Under the pieces are notes generated by a model that was not told where the DNA came from, made no database searches, and worked only from the letters and a program-made list of their open reading frames with translations. Below are positions 30,072 through 43,767 of a DNA stretch of 64,000 bases, in pieces. Source of the DNA: the human T2T-CHM13v2.0 reference genome, Homo sapiens; the NCBI RefSeq assembly GCF_009914755.1, contig NC_060939.1, one strand, 5' to 3'. The position numbers and the translations under genes were made by a program. How positions within the stretch are numbered: position 1 is the first letter of the stretch; every line of letters begins with the position of its first letter.

Positions 30072-30762
30072 TCTTTTTAGATCAGTTTTAAGGTCCCAGT
30101 AAAATTGAGAGGAAAGTACAGAGATATCCCATATAGTACCTGCCTCCACACATACAGAGCCTCCCCCATGATCAACGATCTCCACTAGAGTGGCAGATTT
30201 GTTATAGCTGATGAACCTACATCGATACATATTATCACCTAAAGTCTGTGGTTTGCATTAAGGTTAACTCTTGGTATTGTACATTCTTTGGGTTTGGACA
30301 AATGTATAATAATATACATTAACCATTATAGTATCATACAGAATAATTTCACTGCCCTTAAAAATTCTTGGTGCCTCCCCATTCATCTCTAACTTCCCCC
30401 TGACCTTTGGCAACCACTGATCTTTCTACAGTCTCCATAGCTTTTCCTTTATCAGAAGATCATGTAGCTGGAATCATATAGTATGTAGCCCTTTCAGATG
30501 GGCTTCTTTTACTTGTAATATGGATTTCAGTGTCTTCCATGTCTTCTCATGGCTCAATAGCTTATTTGTTTTTTAGTACTGAATAATATTCCACTGCCTG
30601 GGTGTATCACAGTTTATTTATCCATTCACCTATTGAAGAATATATTGGTTGCTTCCAAGAGTTATGGCGATTATGAGTCAAGTTACTATAAACATGCAGA
30701 TTTTAGTAGGGACATAAGTTTTCCACTCCTTTGGGTAAAAACCAAAGCCCTATTATTGGATT
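30072..30762 (-). mobile_element. L1MC1/2 3' end
   Basis: aaaattgagaggaaagtacagagatatcccatata...gatgaacctacatcgatacat. Confidence 0.85.
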
Positions 30763-31234
30763 TTCAAGTAAGTTTTTAGTAGTATTGTCAAATTTTAGAA
30801 AAGCTATACAGGACCTTTGCATATATACAATTATTTCATTTAAAACGGTCAGTGCAACTGCATGTGGAAAATAGTGGGAATCCTTTTCAGCGAAAATGTA
30901 ACGTTGAACATTCTTATCCTGATGAAATCTATAGCCCAGGCTTCAGAAGTTTCCTTGTCCAAGGTGTTGACCTTGTGTGTATTGTTTTAGCTTTTTCCTA
31001 CTTCAATTTTTATATCCTTGCAATGATCATAGCAATCCTCATCCTTTCTTTCAACCCAGGAATATTGTTGGAAAAACAAATGAGACCGTGTATGTGTGCA
31101 CATGCATGTCGTGTGTGGTGTGTGTGTGTGTGTCCTCCTCATTCCACTTTTCCATTTCTTCCTTTTCCTCCTTCTCTTTCATCTCCTGTTAATTGTCACC
31201 TGGGGTCAGCTAGACTACTAAGATCATTGCATAA

Positions 31235-31670
<436 letters not shown>

Positions 31671-33167
31671 TTTTTGTTGTTTTTTGAATACACTCTCGTT
31701 ATGATGAGGTTCCTTCTGAGGTTTTTGAACTCCTCTGCCCCATCTCATTGAGAGATCCTACTTGTCAGACACATTTTAAGCTTTTCCATTAGATAATGGC
31801 CATAACTTAATTCTATTGCTGGGTACTGGTCAGGGAGACACTTTTGTTCTCCTAAGGATGTTGTAAGCTAAACTCTACTACATTTTCATAAGCAATTTTA
31901 TCTTGACATTTATATTTTGGCTTATCTCCTCTCTCAGATGTGAAAGGTATTTTAATCATGAAACCGAAAACTTAGTCAAGAAAATGTTTTATTTTACACT
32001 GGGATTCTTTATTTTTAAGCACCGTGTTCTGCTATGAATTCATTTTGACATCCATGCCAGGCACCTTGCAGACAGGGAAATGTTTTTTATTTACTTTAGC
32101 ATCTGTTTTAGTATTTCTTTAGTATTTGTTTCAATTTTTAAAGAAATACTATGTTTTGCTGACCCGTTGCAAGGCAAAATTACCCACTACAAGGCAGTTC
32201 TGGGTAATTCTTTTTTAAAAAATAAAAAGATGGAAAATAGTAAATAATTTATCAATTAATTTACTTATTGATTCAAAAAGGTTTCACTGGCCATCTGTTA
32301 TGGGAAAATCACCATGACAGGCACCAGAGAGAAAGCACGAAGTAACACATGGGAATCCTTGCCTCCAAGACACGTAGAGTGAAAAAATGCAAAAGAAAAA
32401 TCACATGAAGAGTGCAATTAAGAATTAAATATAGGTTGCTCTTATAGGAAGAAAAACTAAATAAAATGGAGGCATCAGGGAAGACCTCTCAAAGGAGGTA
32501 GCAGTGAAACTAAGTTAGGAAGAATCTGTAGGACTTGTTTAGATAGGGTCATTCCTGAGGCTAAAAGCAATGACATCTTGGTGATGTAAAGTGGCTCATA
32601 GAAAAGTTCTTGGGTCAGCTCCAGGTACATAGTAGGGATCGAATAAATGTTGGTTTCCTTTTCACCTGTTAGTCATCCAAATAGGATCTTCGCTGAATTA
32701 TTTGAATTTTCTAAACCATCTGGTGTTTTGTGGAAATAAATGTCCCAGCTAAATCCACTGGAACGGCTGTGATGGGCTTTTGGTTCATCTGCAGTAGCAA
32801 TCTTCATAAGTGGAAATAGAAAAGTAATCTCAACTGACTGTTAACCGACAAAGGCCCTAATGATGTCTTTGCAGAAATAGTTTGTGATTTGGGTACTGAG
32901 ATTGTGCAATCAGAGTAGCAGAGAAAATACAACAAGGAGTGGCTAAAGGTTTCATAGAAAATATGACGAAGGTGAAGTAGAAAACAATAAGCATTCGGGT
33001 AAAGAAATGTAAACATGTGAGGCCCATATCCAATCTAGCAAAACTCTGGCGATCTTGCTGCATCAGGAGACTGACAAGTAGACCTCTTTTCTTACTTTGA
33101 TAGCTTTTTTAAATTGGTAATATATTTACAGGACTCAAGCATCAAACAGTAAAAAGTATGCAATTAG

Positions 33168-33330
33168 TGGCACATGGTGGTGTGTGCCCATAGTCCCAGC
33201 TACCTGGGAGGCTGAGGCAGGAGAACCTCTTGATCCCAGGAGTTCTAGGTTTCATTGGGCTGTGATGTGGGCTGCAGTGGCCACTGCACTCCAGCCTGGG
33301 TGACAAAGCAAGACCCTGTCTCTTAAAAAA
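33168..33330 (+). mobile_element. Free right Alu monomer (FRAM/FAM-like)
   Basis: Single monomer tagtcccagctac...ccactgcactccagcctggg...tctcttaaaaaa. Confidence 0.8.
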
Positions 33331-33483
33331 TATATATGCATATGTAGTAATAAATCTTGTTTATACACCTTTCACTCTAATCCTAGGGTCCTATTCTAAT
33401 CTCTGCTATCTTTTAGAGTATCTTTATACAATTTTAATCAATTGCATGTATAGATGCACATATTTTTATTTTCCATGTACCTG

Positions 33484-35330
33484 TTTATTCATTTAACAAA
33501 TATTTATTGAGTGTATACTTTCCAGGTAATGTTCAATGCAGCCAAGGGAGCTAAGGTAATGAACAAAACAGAGAAGTTCCTACCCTCCCTGATGTTCATT
33601 CTAGCAAATGGAGACAGATGATAAAAAGTAAGTAAACTATAGGGTGTTAGGTCTTACAACCACTAAAGAAAAAACTGAAGCATAATAATGAGGAAAGAGC
33701 ATGCTGGAATGGGAAAGTATTTCACTTCAAAATAAGGGAGTGGTACTTGAGCAAAGACCTGGTGGAGGGGAGGGAGCAAGCCCCATAGAATCTGGGAGGA
33801 GATATTCCAGAAATAGAGTATTCCTGATCCCAAAGGCAAGCCCCAGAGATCAGGGTAAGCCTGACACCTTCCAGGAATAGGAAGAAAGCCCGGGTGGCCA
33901 GGGTGGAGTGAGCTAGGGACAGAGACGAGATTAGGGAGGTAGGGAGAGGATAGCATTGGGAAATAATGGAAAGAATTTTGAGCAGAAGTATTTTATCAAT
34001 CACTCTTGAATTTAAGATGAAGATGAACTGTAGAAAGGGCAGAATCCATATGACCTGCTACAGATTAGTGAAATGATTCCAGTTAAGTGATGCTGATGAC
34101 CTGAATCAGGGTGGTTGCTATGGATGGGATGGGATATGGCTGATTTGTGGAGAAATGTTTTGTAGGTTGAGCAAACAGTATTTGCATGAGAGAAGTGCAA
34201 GAAGGAGGGGTGTCCCAGCTAGGAGACTGGAGATGGCATCCATGACCTAGGAAATATTTCGGGAGGAGCAGGACAGGGGTTCAAGTGATAGAGTTCCATC
34301 CCTGGACACGCTAAACTTGGAGTGCCTGTTAGACAACTTAGTAAATATGTCCAGTAGAGAGTTCAAATTAGGGAGAGGACCTCTTTAAGGATTACAAGCT
34401 TGGAGGTAATAAGAATATAGACAAAATTTGAAGCCGTAACGTGGATGAGCTCACCCAGGGAATTACTGTAGATAGAAGAAAATGAGGCCAAAAATAGCAT
34501 CTCAGGATATTCTACAGATCAAAGTTTAACAAGACAAATAGAGAAAGAGAAGGTGACTGAAAGGAAGCCAGTGTGAGACAGAAGAAAATCCAGGAGAGAG
34601 TGGTGGGTGGAAGAAAGACCTTCAAGATACAGAGAATGATGGGCTCTGTCAAAGGTGCTGATTGCTAGGTACGATGAGGACTAGGATTGAACCAACTCAT
34701 ATAGCTGTGACCTTGACAAGAGCATCTTCAGTAGAGTATTGAGGGAAAGTGCTGATTGGAATGAGTTCAAGAGAAAATGAGCTGAGGAAATTAGAAACAG
34801 CAAGTAGAGACAAATTTTTACGTTTTGTTGTAGAGAGGGAGCAGAAGAATGGCACAGTTGTTGAAGGGAGAAGTGGGGCCAAGTGTTTTTGTGTTCTGAT
34901 TTTTTTTAATAGAGGAAATAAGGGTAAGTGTCTTAGCTAATAGTAGAGAGGAGAAATGTGAAAGAAGTATCCTTATTTCTGTGATAATTTGGCTTTAGCT
35001 AGGAGCATCAAAATTTCCATCCATGGTAACAGGAAGAAAAGCTGAGTCAGGGCTGAGAGCACAAATGGGCAAGTGTGGTAGACAGAGAAGTAGAGAAGTT
35101 TTCCTCATGGTTTTTCTCCACCCTCAGGGAAATAGGAGGTAGAGTCATTAGCTGAGAGTGAAAAGTAGGGAGAGGTGTTGGGGTTTGAAAAAAGGGAAGA
35201 AGGTCTGGTATATTTACGACAGAATGGGAGAGAAATGGATAGGGTAATGACTGAGCCCCAGGCATCACTACTGGTCTGCTCGAGGATGATAATCAAGGAT
35301 TGGAAATGTCGCCAGTAAAGCACTTTTCAT
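33484..35330 (-). mobile_element. L2 (L2a-like), long fragment
   Basis: Tail ttcatttaacaaatatttattgag followed by purine-rich antisense L2 (gtgaccttgacaagagc, tggacacgctaaacttggagtgcct). Confidence 0.75.
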
Positions 35331-35719
35331 TTGTGTTTTTCTTTAGCCAGTGTCAACTGCAGAGTGCAGTAAGTATAAAAGGACCAATAGTTAAAGCAAT
35401 TTTTACAAATGGTAGTACACTGCAGACATGAATATAATGACATTCCTGGTAAGAATGGTATAATGCAGTTGTTGTCACTTGGTGGGTATATATGCCAGGA
35501 GTCTATAGGGGTTTCATAGGGGTTCAGGGTGAGGTATTGAGTTTCTAAATATTTTCATTTTCCCTAATCCTTTAAACATGTCTATTAGGTATATTTTAAC
35601 ATCCATACCATACTTTAATCACACCTGTTAATAATTTTTAAATCAATATATTTACAGATTTGAGTTTGCTTACTTATAATTTCGCTGTTAGTTTGATTGA
35701 TCCAAGACATTTAAAGGAT

Positions 35720-35940
35720 TAAGGTTTAAATAGAAAGTAAAGGTTTTTGGAGACAGACCAGGGATCAAATGTCAGCTCTAACACTTACTTGTAGTATCCT
35801 TAAGCAAGCCATTGAGTGTCTCTTAGTCACCATTAGATCATATATTAAAATAAAATAAGAACACCTATTTATATGCTTCAGATAAAGTTTAAATTCATTT
35901 ATGTATATAAATACTAGGCACAGTTATAGGTATTTATAAA
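35720..35940 (+). mobile_element. MIR
   Basis: ttttggagacagaccagggatcaaat...acttacttg...cttaagcaagcc. Confidence 0.6.
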
Positions 35941-37480
35941 GATTCCTTCCAGTCCCTCTACCTTAAAAATAAATGACAATATGGAAATAAGCTATTTTTT
36001 ATTGCTACAATTAATATTTATTTTACAAATTTTTCAAAATGAAATAATCAAAATAAAACAATTAAAAAAATCTTCATTTATGTTTCTCAGAATTCAATAT
36101 AGTAAATATTTTGGTGTGTTTATCCACATACAAGTAAATATAAATAAATAAACATAAATGTGTGTGTGTCCACATGCATTGTGCACACACGCACACACTC
36201 GCACTACATCTGCTTTATTCCATTTAAAATACATCGTGAACCTGTGACTTTTTCTTTTGCTTTTCATATCATTAAAATTTTTCCACAACATTACTTCTGA
36301 TGGATGTTTCAAGATCATCAGACAGATGTATGATAATGTGCACATTAATCCTGTAGGGCTGTTCTTTATTAGTTTCAATTTTAATCTAAACTGTGTTAAA
36401 CAATCCCACTGCTAAATCCTTAGGTTCGTCTATGCTTTTTTTCCCTAGGACACATTGCATTAAGTGAAAATTGCCAAGGAAAAAGCTATGTAAATCTTTA
36501 AGGGTTGTCGTAAGTGTTGTTAGTTGCCCTCCAGAAATGTATCTAGACTGTCAGGTCACTCTCTTACATTGGATAGCAATGTCATCCATAGCAACTGGGT
36601 ATCCTCTCAGTGCCTGTGTGCCCTGCATATTTTAAGGCCTGAACAACAAATTAATCTTTACTATTGAATAAGTAGAGAATCTCATTGTTTTTCTTCAAAT
36701 ATGGGAGTTTTATTTTAGTTTTGTATTTTTACCTTAACCAATGGTTGTGAAAGATTCTTTCTATGTAAGGAATTTCAGCCTTCTGGAAAGAATGTCCCCA
36801 GGAATACTACATGTGTTTTCATAGGTTGTTAGTGACCTAACTGCTTTAGAGATAGTATAAGATCCTAGACTTAACAGGAGAAACACAAAACTAAAAGAAA
36901 TAATGATATAGAACTCCTATTACTAATACCACTACTTAGAATACAACTGTCATTTCTCTGGTCTAACAGTGAAAAAAATTTTTAAGTCAAAAGTTTTTTT
37001 TTTTTCTTACAATTTATTTCTCTAAAAAATGTTTTACCCCAGTTATTTGCTCTTTTTTCCATATGCATTTATCATGTTCCATTTATAGGTATGTGATGGT
37101 TTTTAAATTTCTTTCTCCTATGAGACTTAAGAAAAAAATTTAATTCTATGAAATTCTATTTTAATGTGTCAGTTACTATATTGGGGAATTATTAAATCTT
37201 CATCTATCAATCTTTGGAAGAAAACTAGATTTCTGGGCGTATACTGGATTTTCCAGACAGATTTTTTGTGTTCTCATTGTAACCCTGTTTATTTTCCTCT
37301 GGTTGGAAAGGCCATGAGTGTCTCTCTTAATTTACAATGTTGAGTTCCTTTGCTCTCCCCTGGGTCTCATTTCTCCCAAACAATTCCTTCAGCTGCACAT
37401 CATTGAGCAAGAGGGACACCATGGATAATGGAAAGATCTACGGCAAGGCTGGCTGTCTGCCCTGTCTAAGGAGGACGTAC

Positions 37481-37549
37481 TGGACCATCCTGCTCTGCAC
37501 ATCCAGATGTGTCCATGAATACATCCATAAAACGATGGCCTGTGGAATC
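37481..37549 (-). CDS. Putative exon A (69 nt), DSTGHRF-MDVFMDTSGCAEQDGP; first ATG at 37528-37526
   Basis: Acceptor ggatcattttcctatag|GAT, moderate donor CCA|gtacgt; phase 0 end in frame with exon B. Confidence 0.25.
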
Positions 37550-38261
37550 CTATAGGAAAATGATCCAGAGCCTGGGCGGTCAGAAGGAACAAACACTTGA
37601 TTTACAAAATAAATCTTCTATGTTTATGTTTTAAAGACACACAGAGGAAAAACATTTTTAAATTCATGATTTCCCCCCCCAGATTTTAACTATTGTAATC
37701 TCTTTCTTTCCTGAGCCTTAGGCATCTTCATTATAAACCAAAAGATATAACTTGAGATTTTCCCAGGGTTTATATACTCGTTAGAGTTGGAAACATGAAA
37801 ATGGCAATTTGGGATGTCTCTTTGGAGTCAAAAACCTTATAAAAATATAATGTACTTTCTCTCTCTCTTCATTTCCTCATTTTTCTGGTCAAAGCTAGAA
37901 GAGTAAGATGTCTTTGAAACTATTAAGATAATTTTTAAGACATGGTATAATTGTGAATTTTATATAAATATAAAATGAACAGGTATCAAAGACTTTATTA
38001 GCTTATTAATTAATAAGAGAACGGGTAAATGTTATAATTGGTATAAAAAGCAGAGGCATATGTAGGAAATTAGGAATCTGAAATGAATTTACAAATTGAT
38101 GGTCTATCCATGAGGCAATAATTGGTTGCATTCCACCAGTCACAATTGATTTGCATTTCTATGAACAAGAGATGGATGAGCTAGACAGGATAGTCACTCA
38201 CTTTTTGTTCTGAGCCCATTTCAAAGTCTCAGTTGTTTTCCTTACTAAAACATCTATCTCT

Positions 38262-38445
38262 AATATCCCATTATATGTATTAATATCCCATTATATATTA
38301 TATTTTATAATATATAATGTATCCCATTATAATATATATTTTTTATAATATATAATATATATCCCATTATCCCATATATATTCCCATATATATTATATAA
38401 TATAAAATATATCCTATTATAATATATATTATATATTTTATATAT
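38262..38445. repeat. AT-rich minisatellite (atatcccattata motif)
   Basis: Repeated tatcccattat units embedded in (TA)n. Confidence 0.85.
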
Positions 38446-38569
38446 AAGTGATTTCCAAATGAGTTCTATATATATTATAAATTAATATCCCATTATATAT
38501 ACATTTGCATAAATATATGTAATGGGATATTAATTTTTAATATACATAGAACCCCTTTGGAAATCCCTT
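38446..38569. repeat. Inverted repeat with 56-bp arms (6 mismatches) and a 12-nt loop
   Basis: 38446-38501 matches the reverse complement of 38514-38569. Confidence 0.9.
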
Positions 38570-39644
38570 TCCACAATTACAAGCAATAGATATTTTGGCA
38601 GAGTTTTAGTTATGGGGTGATTAGATTTTCTAGCATGTTGAGATTTAGTGGGTCTTAATTTACCCAAAGTCATTTAACCAAAGTAAAATTGAGATTCAAA
38701 CCCAGATAGATTCTGATTTTAAAAAGCCATGTTTCTGTCTCCTCCCCCTCAAAAAAATGGGTGAAAAAATGGTGGCTCAGGGTCAGATACAAGCTTTTCA
38801 CTTGTAAGGGTAAAATAATTAAGTCATAAATGATTAGAGCTAAATAAACCTCTCTTAACCAATATCTTCCTGAGAAGCACAATAGTTGACAATAAAGCCG
38901 AGAAGCACTGGGAAGCTGAGATGCAGACCTGCACTCTCTCTGTTCGGGCTTCCCCTTGCCTTCTCAGTTATTTCCTTGGCGCCTCTAAGGATCCCCAGAA
39001 AACTGTTTCAAATCCTTGAGTTCATCCAGTCTTATCAAAGACTCATCTCTGCATTAGAACTGTTATTTTCTTATTCCAAACCCGGTGCTCATCTATGTTG
39101 TCTTTACTGAAAATAAGGGTTAGTCTTGAACTAGTATTTAAATTTAAAGTCCAATGTCTGAACCAGGCAGCCATCAGATCTGATTTAGGGAACACCTGCC
39201 CTCTTGTGGTTCTCTGAGCTCATCTGTCTGGAGTTAAGGAAACCTTTTCCAGCTTTCGTTGTGGAGACTCTTCCCGGAGGAGACCATCTTGAAAGAGCTT
39301 TATGGAAGAAAGCCAGCCTAAAGTCCCAGTCCAATTTGCCTAGAGATGAAGGCAAGAGGTGGTAAATAGGGTGAGTAAGAGGGTCTTTAATCCAGGAATA
39401 AAGATGTAATTGTCAAGATAGAACATCTCTTTGCCTCCTTTATCAATCTGCTGCTGAGTCCTTGGAGTTTGCCACTAATCAGGTATAGCTTTGAAAATGT
39501 AAAAGAGTTTTTCAGATACTCCCAAACACATTAGCAGTTGCAAGAGTATCAGTTGGAATGGACTAAGGTATGCTGAAAAATCATACCACCCCCAAATCTC
39601 AGTGAATTATACAACAAAATTTAATTCTGAATTATTCTAGGTAT

Positions 39645-40684
39645 TTATTTTAGTCAGGGTTCTCCAGAGAAACAGAGAAAAATAGGATAGATAGATGATA
39701 GATTAGATAAATATGTACATACATATATAGATACATAGATTCATAGATGCATACATACATAGAAAGATATAAGAGATTTATTATGAGAATAGGCTCACGT
39801 GGTTATGGAAGCTGAGAAGTCTTAAAATATGCCATCTGCAAGCTAGAGAGTCAGTGAAATAGTTTGGATACTTGTCCCCACTCAAATCTCATGTTGAATT
39901 GTAATCCCCGATGTTGGAGGTGGGGCTTGGTGGGAGGTGTTCGGGTCATGGGGGTAGATTTCTCATGAATGATTTAGCACCATCCTCTTGGTGCTGCCTT
40001 CATGATAGTGAGTGAGTTCTAATGAGATCTGGTTATTTAAGAGTATGTGGCACATTCCTCTCTCTCTTGCTTGCTCCTGCTTCACCTTGTGAAGTGCTTG
40101 CACCCACTTCACTTTCTGCCATGATTGTAAGCTTCCTGAGGCCTCCCCAGAAGCTGATGCTGAAGCTATGCTTCCTGTACAGCCTATAGAGCCATAAGCC
40201 AATTAAACCTCTTTTCTTTGTAAACTACTGAGCCTCAGGTATTTCTTTATGGCAATGCAAGGGTGGCCTAATACAGCCAGAAAAGCTAGTAGTATAATTA
40301 AGTCCTATTCCAAGGGTCCAAAAACCAGGGAAATCAATGGTATAATTCTCATTCTGTGGCCAAAGGTCTGAGAACAGGGACAGTAGGGAGAATGGTTTGA
40401 GTCCTGATGTTCAAAGAAGCTCTGATGTCCAAGTACAGGAGAAGATAGAAGACCCAAGGGGAGAGCGCAAATTCACCCTTTCTTTATCTTTTTGTTCTAT
40501 TCTGGCCATGAATGGATTGGATGGTGCTCACATTGGGGAAGGCAATCTTCTTTACTCATCCTATTGATTCAAATGCCAGTCTCTCCTGGAAACACACTCA
40601 CAGATACACCCAGTAATAATGTTTTACCAGCTATGTGGGCATCCCTTAGCCCAGTCAAGCTGACACATAAAATTAACTATCATG
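39645..40684 (-). mobile_element. MLT2 (ERVL) LTR split by MSTA
   Basis: ttagtcagggttctccagagaaacaga...gagatttattatgagaat; ...cccagtcaagctgacacataaaattaactatca. Confidence 0.85.
39855..40275 (+). mobile_element. MSTA solo LTR
   Basis: TG...CA termini, aaatctcatgttgaattgtaatcccc and aattaaacctcttttctt motifs; 5-bp TSD gtcag/gccag. Confidence 0.9.
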
Positions 40685-42384
40685 ACGTCCGATGAAGATT
40701 GTCAGAGGAGCTTGGCTCACTCACCATGGTCCCTCTATCATGTGCACTTCATTACAACATGCACTTTCACTATTCCCACAGCAGTAGGAAGAAAATGTGG
40801 GTCTTAAAAGTTTAGTTCATACGTGATGCACATCACTTTAGTCCTTTTATTAGCCAAGTCAAATCACATGGCTGTACGTAGCTTCAAAGAAGCAAACAAG
40901 CTTTGTCCCACCGTGTTCCCAGGAGAACGAGAACATCTACCAACAGCATCAAGATCACCATACCAGGATGAGACTCAGTACAGTAGAACACTGAATTTTC
41001 AGGGTATAAAAGTATATACTTTTCTAAGTGTATTAAGCCTTGTGGCTCATCATTCTTCTTTATGCATACATTACTCTTTGTCCCTAATGTTCTTCCCTCT
41101 CTCAATATCTCTCATTGTCCTACAGACTCCCTCCTTTATGGCTCCAGTACCATCGAATCCCCTTAGTTAGTCCTGGCCACCTCTTATTGGAATTACTTTA
41201 CAAGACACTTTACAGTGTCTTTATCTGTTGGCACTGCCTGACTAGGAGATCATTGCCCAGGCTAGGGGCTGCCTGCTGCTCTCTCCCACCCACAAATTAG
41301 GACCTATTGGCACTAAAAGCTTTGAGCCTGGCTTTGCATTGCCCTTGGAACATTCACATTTGAATTATTTTTTCAACCCAAGAGAGAAGTCACCCCAGAC
41401 CCTCAAATGCCCCAACTTCTTTTATTTTACCACTGTCTAGTGTTTAGAACTCTGAATGCCTTATAGCCACATATTTAGCTATGATACTATAGAGCTTTAT
41501 CCTTCTAACTCCCAGGGCTGGTAAATTATATAGCCTTTTACATAAAAAGAAAATACAGTTGACTAACCTGTTGGATTGGTGATAAACTCTGGAGGGGTGG
41601 GGAGAAAAGAGTGTCTACTTGACTGATAACCTCAACACATTTTCCTGTTTTCCTTCAACCTACTGCTTCCTCCTGCCCTCTTTCACAGTATGTGGGTCAC
41701 ACACAAAAAACATTATTGCACGGATGGGAGAGTCATGGAGAGGAGACAGGATGACTCCCCCACCAAAGGAGTACTTCATTTGGATTGATTGTTTTCATTA
41801 AATTTTCAAAAATCCCTTGGAAGAATGTTTGAACATTTAAAAATCATCATTCCCTAATTTCCTTATGTTTGAGACCTTTATTTGAAAAAGATGAAGCACA
41901 AAAATTGACTGGCTTGTATGTGGAAAACATACTCTTTCAGATTTGTCACATACAGCCTGTGGCCTAAGGCCTATAGTAACATCCAAAGTGGGAGGATGGC
42001 AGAAGAGGAGGCATGTAAAAGTCTTCCCCTTGGGAAGAATCTTGGGATAGTCAGAGTCAGGGGCAGGAGTTCACTGGAGACCCATCCTACCCTACTCCCA
42101 TCCCCACTCAATATTTGCCATTTTCTCTATAGAGGCCATTTTTCTCGGCTGCAGTTTCTTGCATGAAAAGACATAGTATATGGGAAGTCCTCTGGGATCT
42201 AATTGTAGTTCACTTACAAATTATGCAAAAAATAGGCAATCACTGAAACTCCCTGAACCTCAGTGTGTTTATCTATTAAAAAGATATAATATCTCATGCC
42301 TCGTTCACCTTCACAGTAGTTTACTCCGCTAACATTTGAGATAATAATTGCCAGCACTTGGTGAACACTATGTTAAGACTGAAT

Positions 42385-42471
42385 TTTTCTTTTCTTTTCT
42401 TTTCTTCTTTTCTCTTCCTTCTTTGCCTTCTTTCCTTCCTTGCCTTCCTTCCTCCCTTCCTTCCTTCCCCC

Positions 42472-42541
<70 letters not shown>

Positions 42542-42670
42542 TCTTTCTTTCTTTTTCTTCCTTCCTTTCTTTCTTTCTTTCTTTCTTTTCTTTCTTTCTT
42601 TCATCCTTCCTTTCTTCCTTCCTTCCTTCCTCTTTTCTTTTCTTTTCTTTTCTTTTCTTTCATCTTTCTT
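42385..42670. repeat. ~285-bp polypyrimidine (CTTT)n/(CCTT)n tract
   Basis: (TTTC)15 at 42473-42532; expanded tail of the adjacent Alu monomer. Confidence 0.95.
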
Positions 42671-42773
42671 GAGATAGAGTCTCCCTATGTTACCCAGATG
42701 CTGGCCTCAAGTGATCGTCCCTCCCTCAGCCACCCAAGGTGCTGGCATGACAGGCATGAGCCACCACACCTGG
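42671..42773 (-). mobile_element. Alu left monomer (FLAM/AluJ), inserted in a MIR
   Basis: gagtctccctatgttacccag...ggcctcaagtgatc...gagccaccacacctgg. Confidence 0.8.
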
Positions 42774-43607
42774 AAGGTTGGATTTCACTGAGCCTTCTCA
42801 ACAATACTATAAGGTCATTATGATGATTGGCTCCTTTTAGAGAAGCAAGCTGTGACTCAGTGTAGGTAAGTGATCCATACAGTTAGAGTCGGTAAATGGT
42901 CGAGCTGGTAAGAGCTGTAACCATTACGAATGTCAGCTCAGATAAGCCAATAGACTAGCTTGAAATCATAGGAAAGGCTCCACAGAGGCAAACGATGGCT
43001 GCTGTCTAGTGCATTCCATCTCAGAAGGCAGGACCTTGGCCAACAGGTTGGTGAATGCAGGTGAATGCAGGTGCCAGATGAAGCTGGGGAGGAGCAGCAG
43101 GATTTAATAGGCTTCTAACTCAAAGGGAGCCAATAGAAGTTCCTTCTGGAAGATTCTAATTGCGAAGCTGTCATTTTCATTAGTCTGGACTGGTCGTTTG
43201 AACTGAGAACTGGTGCACTGTGGAGAGGTTGGTCAGTCAGGAGGAAAAAGTGGTCTGGAAAGGGAGTAAAGATGGGGCAAGCATGGATGAAACCAGGTAA
43301 AAAGAGAAGAAGGATGAAGAAAGCTGCTGCTGGCTTCTACATGTAAGTGCAGCCCCTTTTGAAAAACAGAGTTGCATCCTGTCCTTCAGTACTATAAACT
43401 AGCACCAATTTCTCCCCGGTTTTTATGTGAGCTATTTTGAGTGCTTTTGTGTTACTTTATCACAAACTTAACAACACCTTCTCAAAACCTCTCTCTCTTC
43501 ATCCCAAAACTAATTTACTTATCCTCTTCTCCTTAGGAAGTTACTGGTCATTTTGGTTAATTATAGAAAAACATACAGGGTCTTAACTTTGTTTAAAGTG
43601 GTCACAA

Positions 43608-43767
43608 GGCCAGATGTGGTGGCTTACGCCTGTAGTCGCAGCACTTTGGGAGGCTGAGGTGGGAGGATTGCTTGAGCCCAGTAGTTCAAGATCAGCCTGG
43701 GCGACATGGGGAGACTCTGTCTCCAAAAAAAAAAAAAAAAAAATTATAAAATTAAAAATAAAAAAAA
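43608..43767 (+). mobile_element. FLAM-C-like Alu monomer
   Basis: gggaggattgcttgagccca...gactctgtctcc plus A tail; followed by MIR at ~43800-44000. Confidence 0.85.

Larger units (their letters stand above)
39545..40960 (-). mobile_element. Old MLT1 (J/K-like) LTR split by MLT2 and MSTA
   Basis: 5' piece ggtatgctg...cccccaaatctcagtg...aacaaaa; 3' piece catcactt...ttagccaagtcaaatcacatggc. Confidence 0.55.

Noticed and set aside
42348-42823. F/L/S-rich and K/E/R-rich ORFs
   Set aside because: Translations of the (CTTT)n tract.
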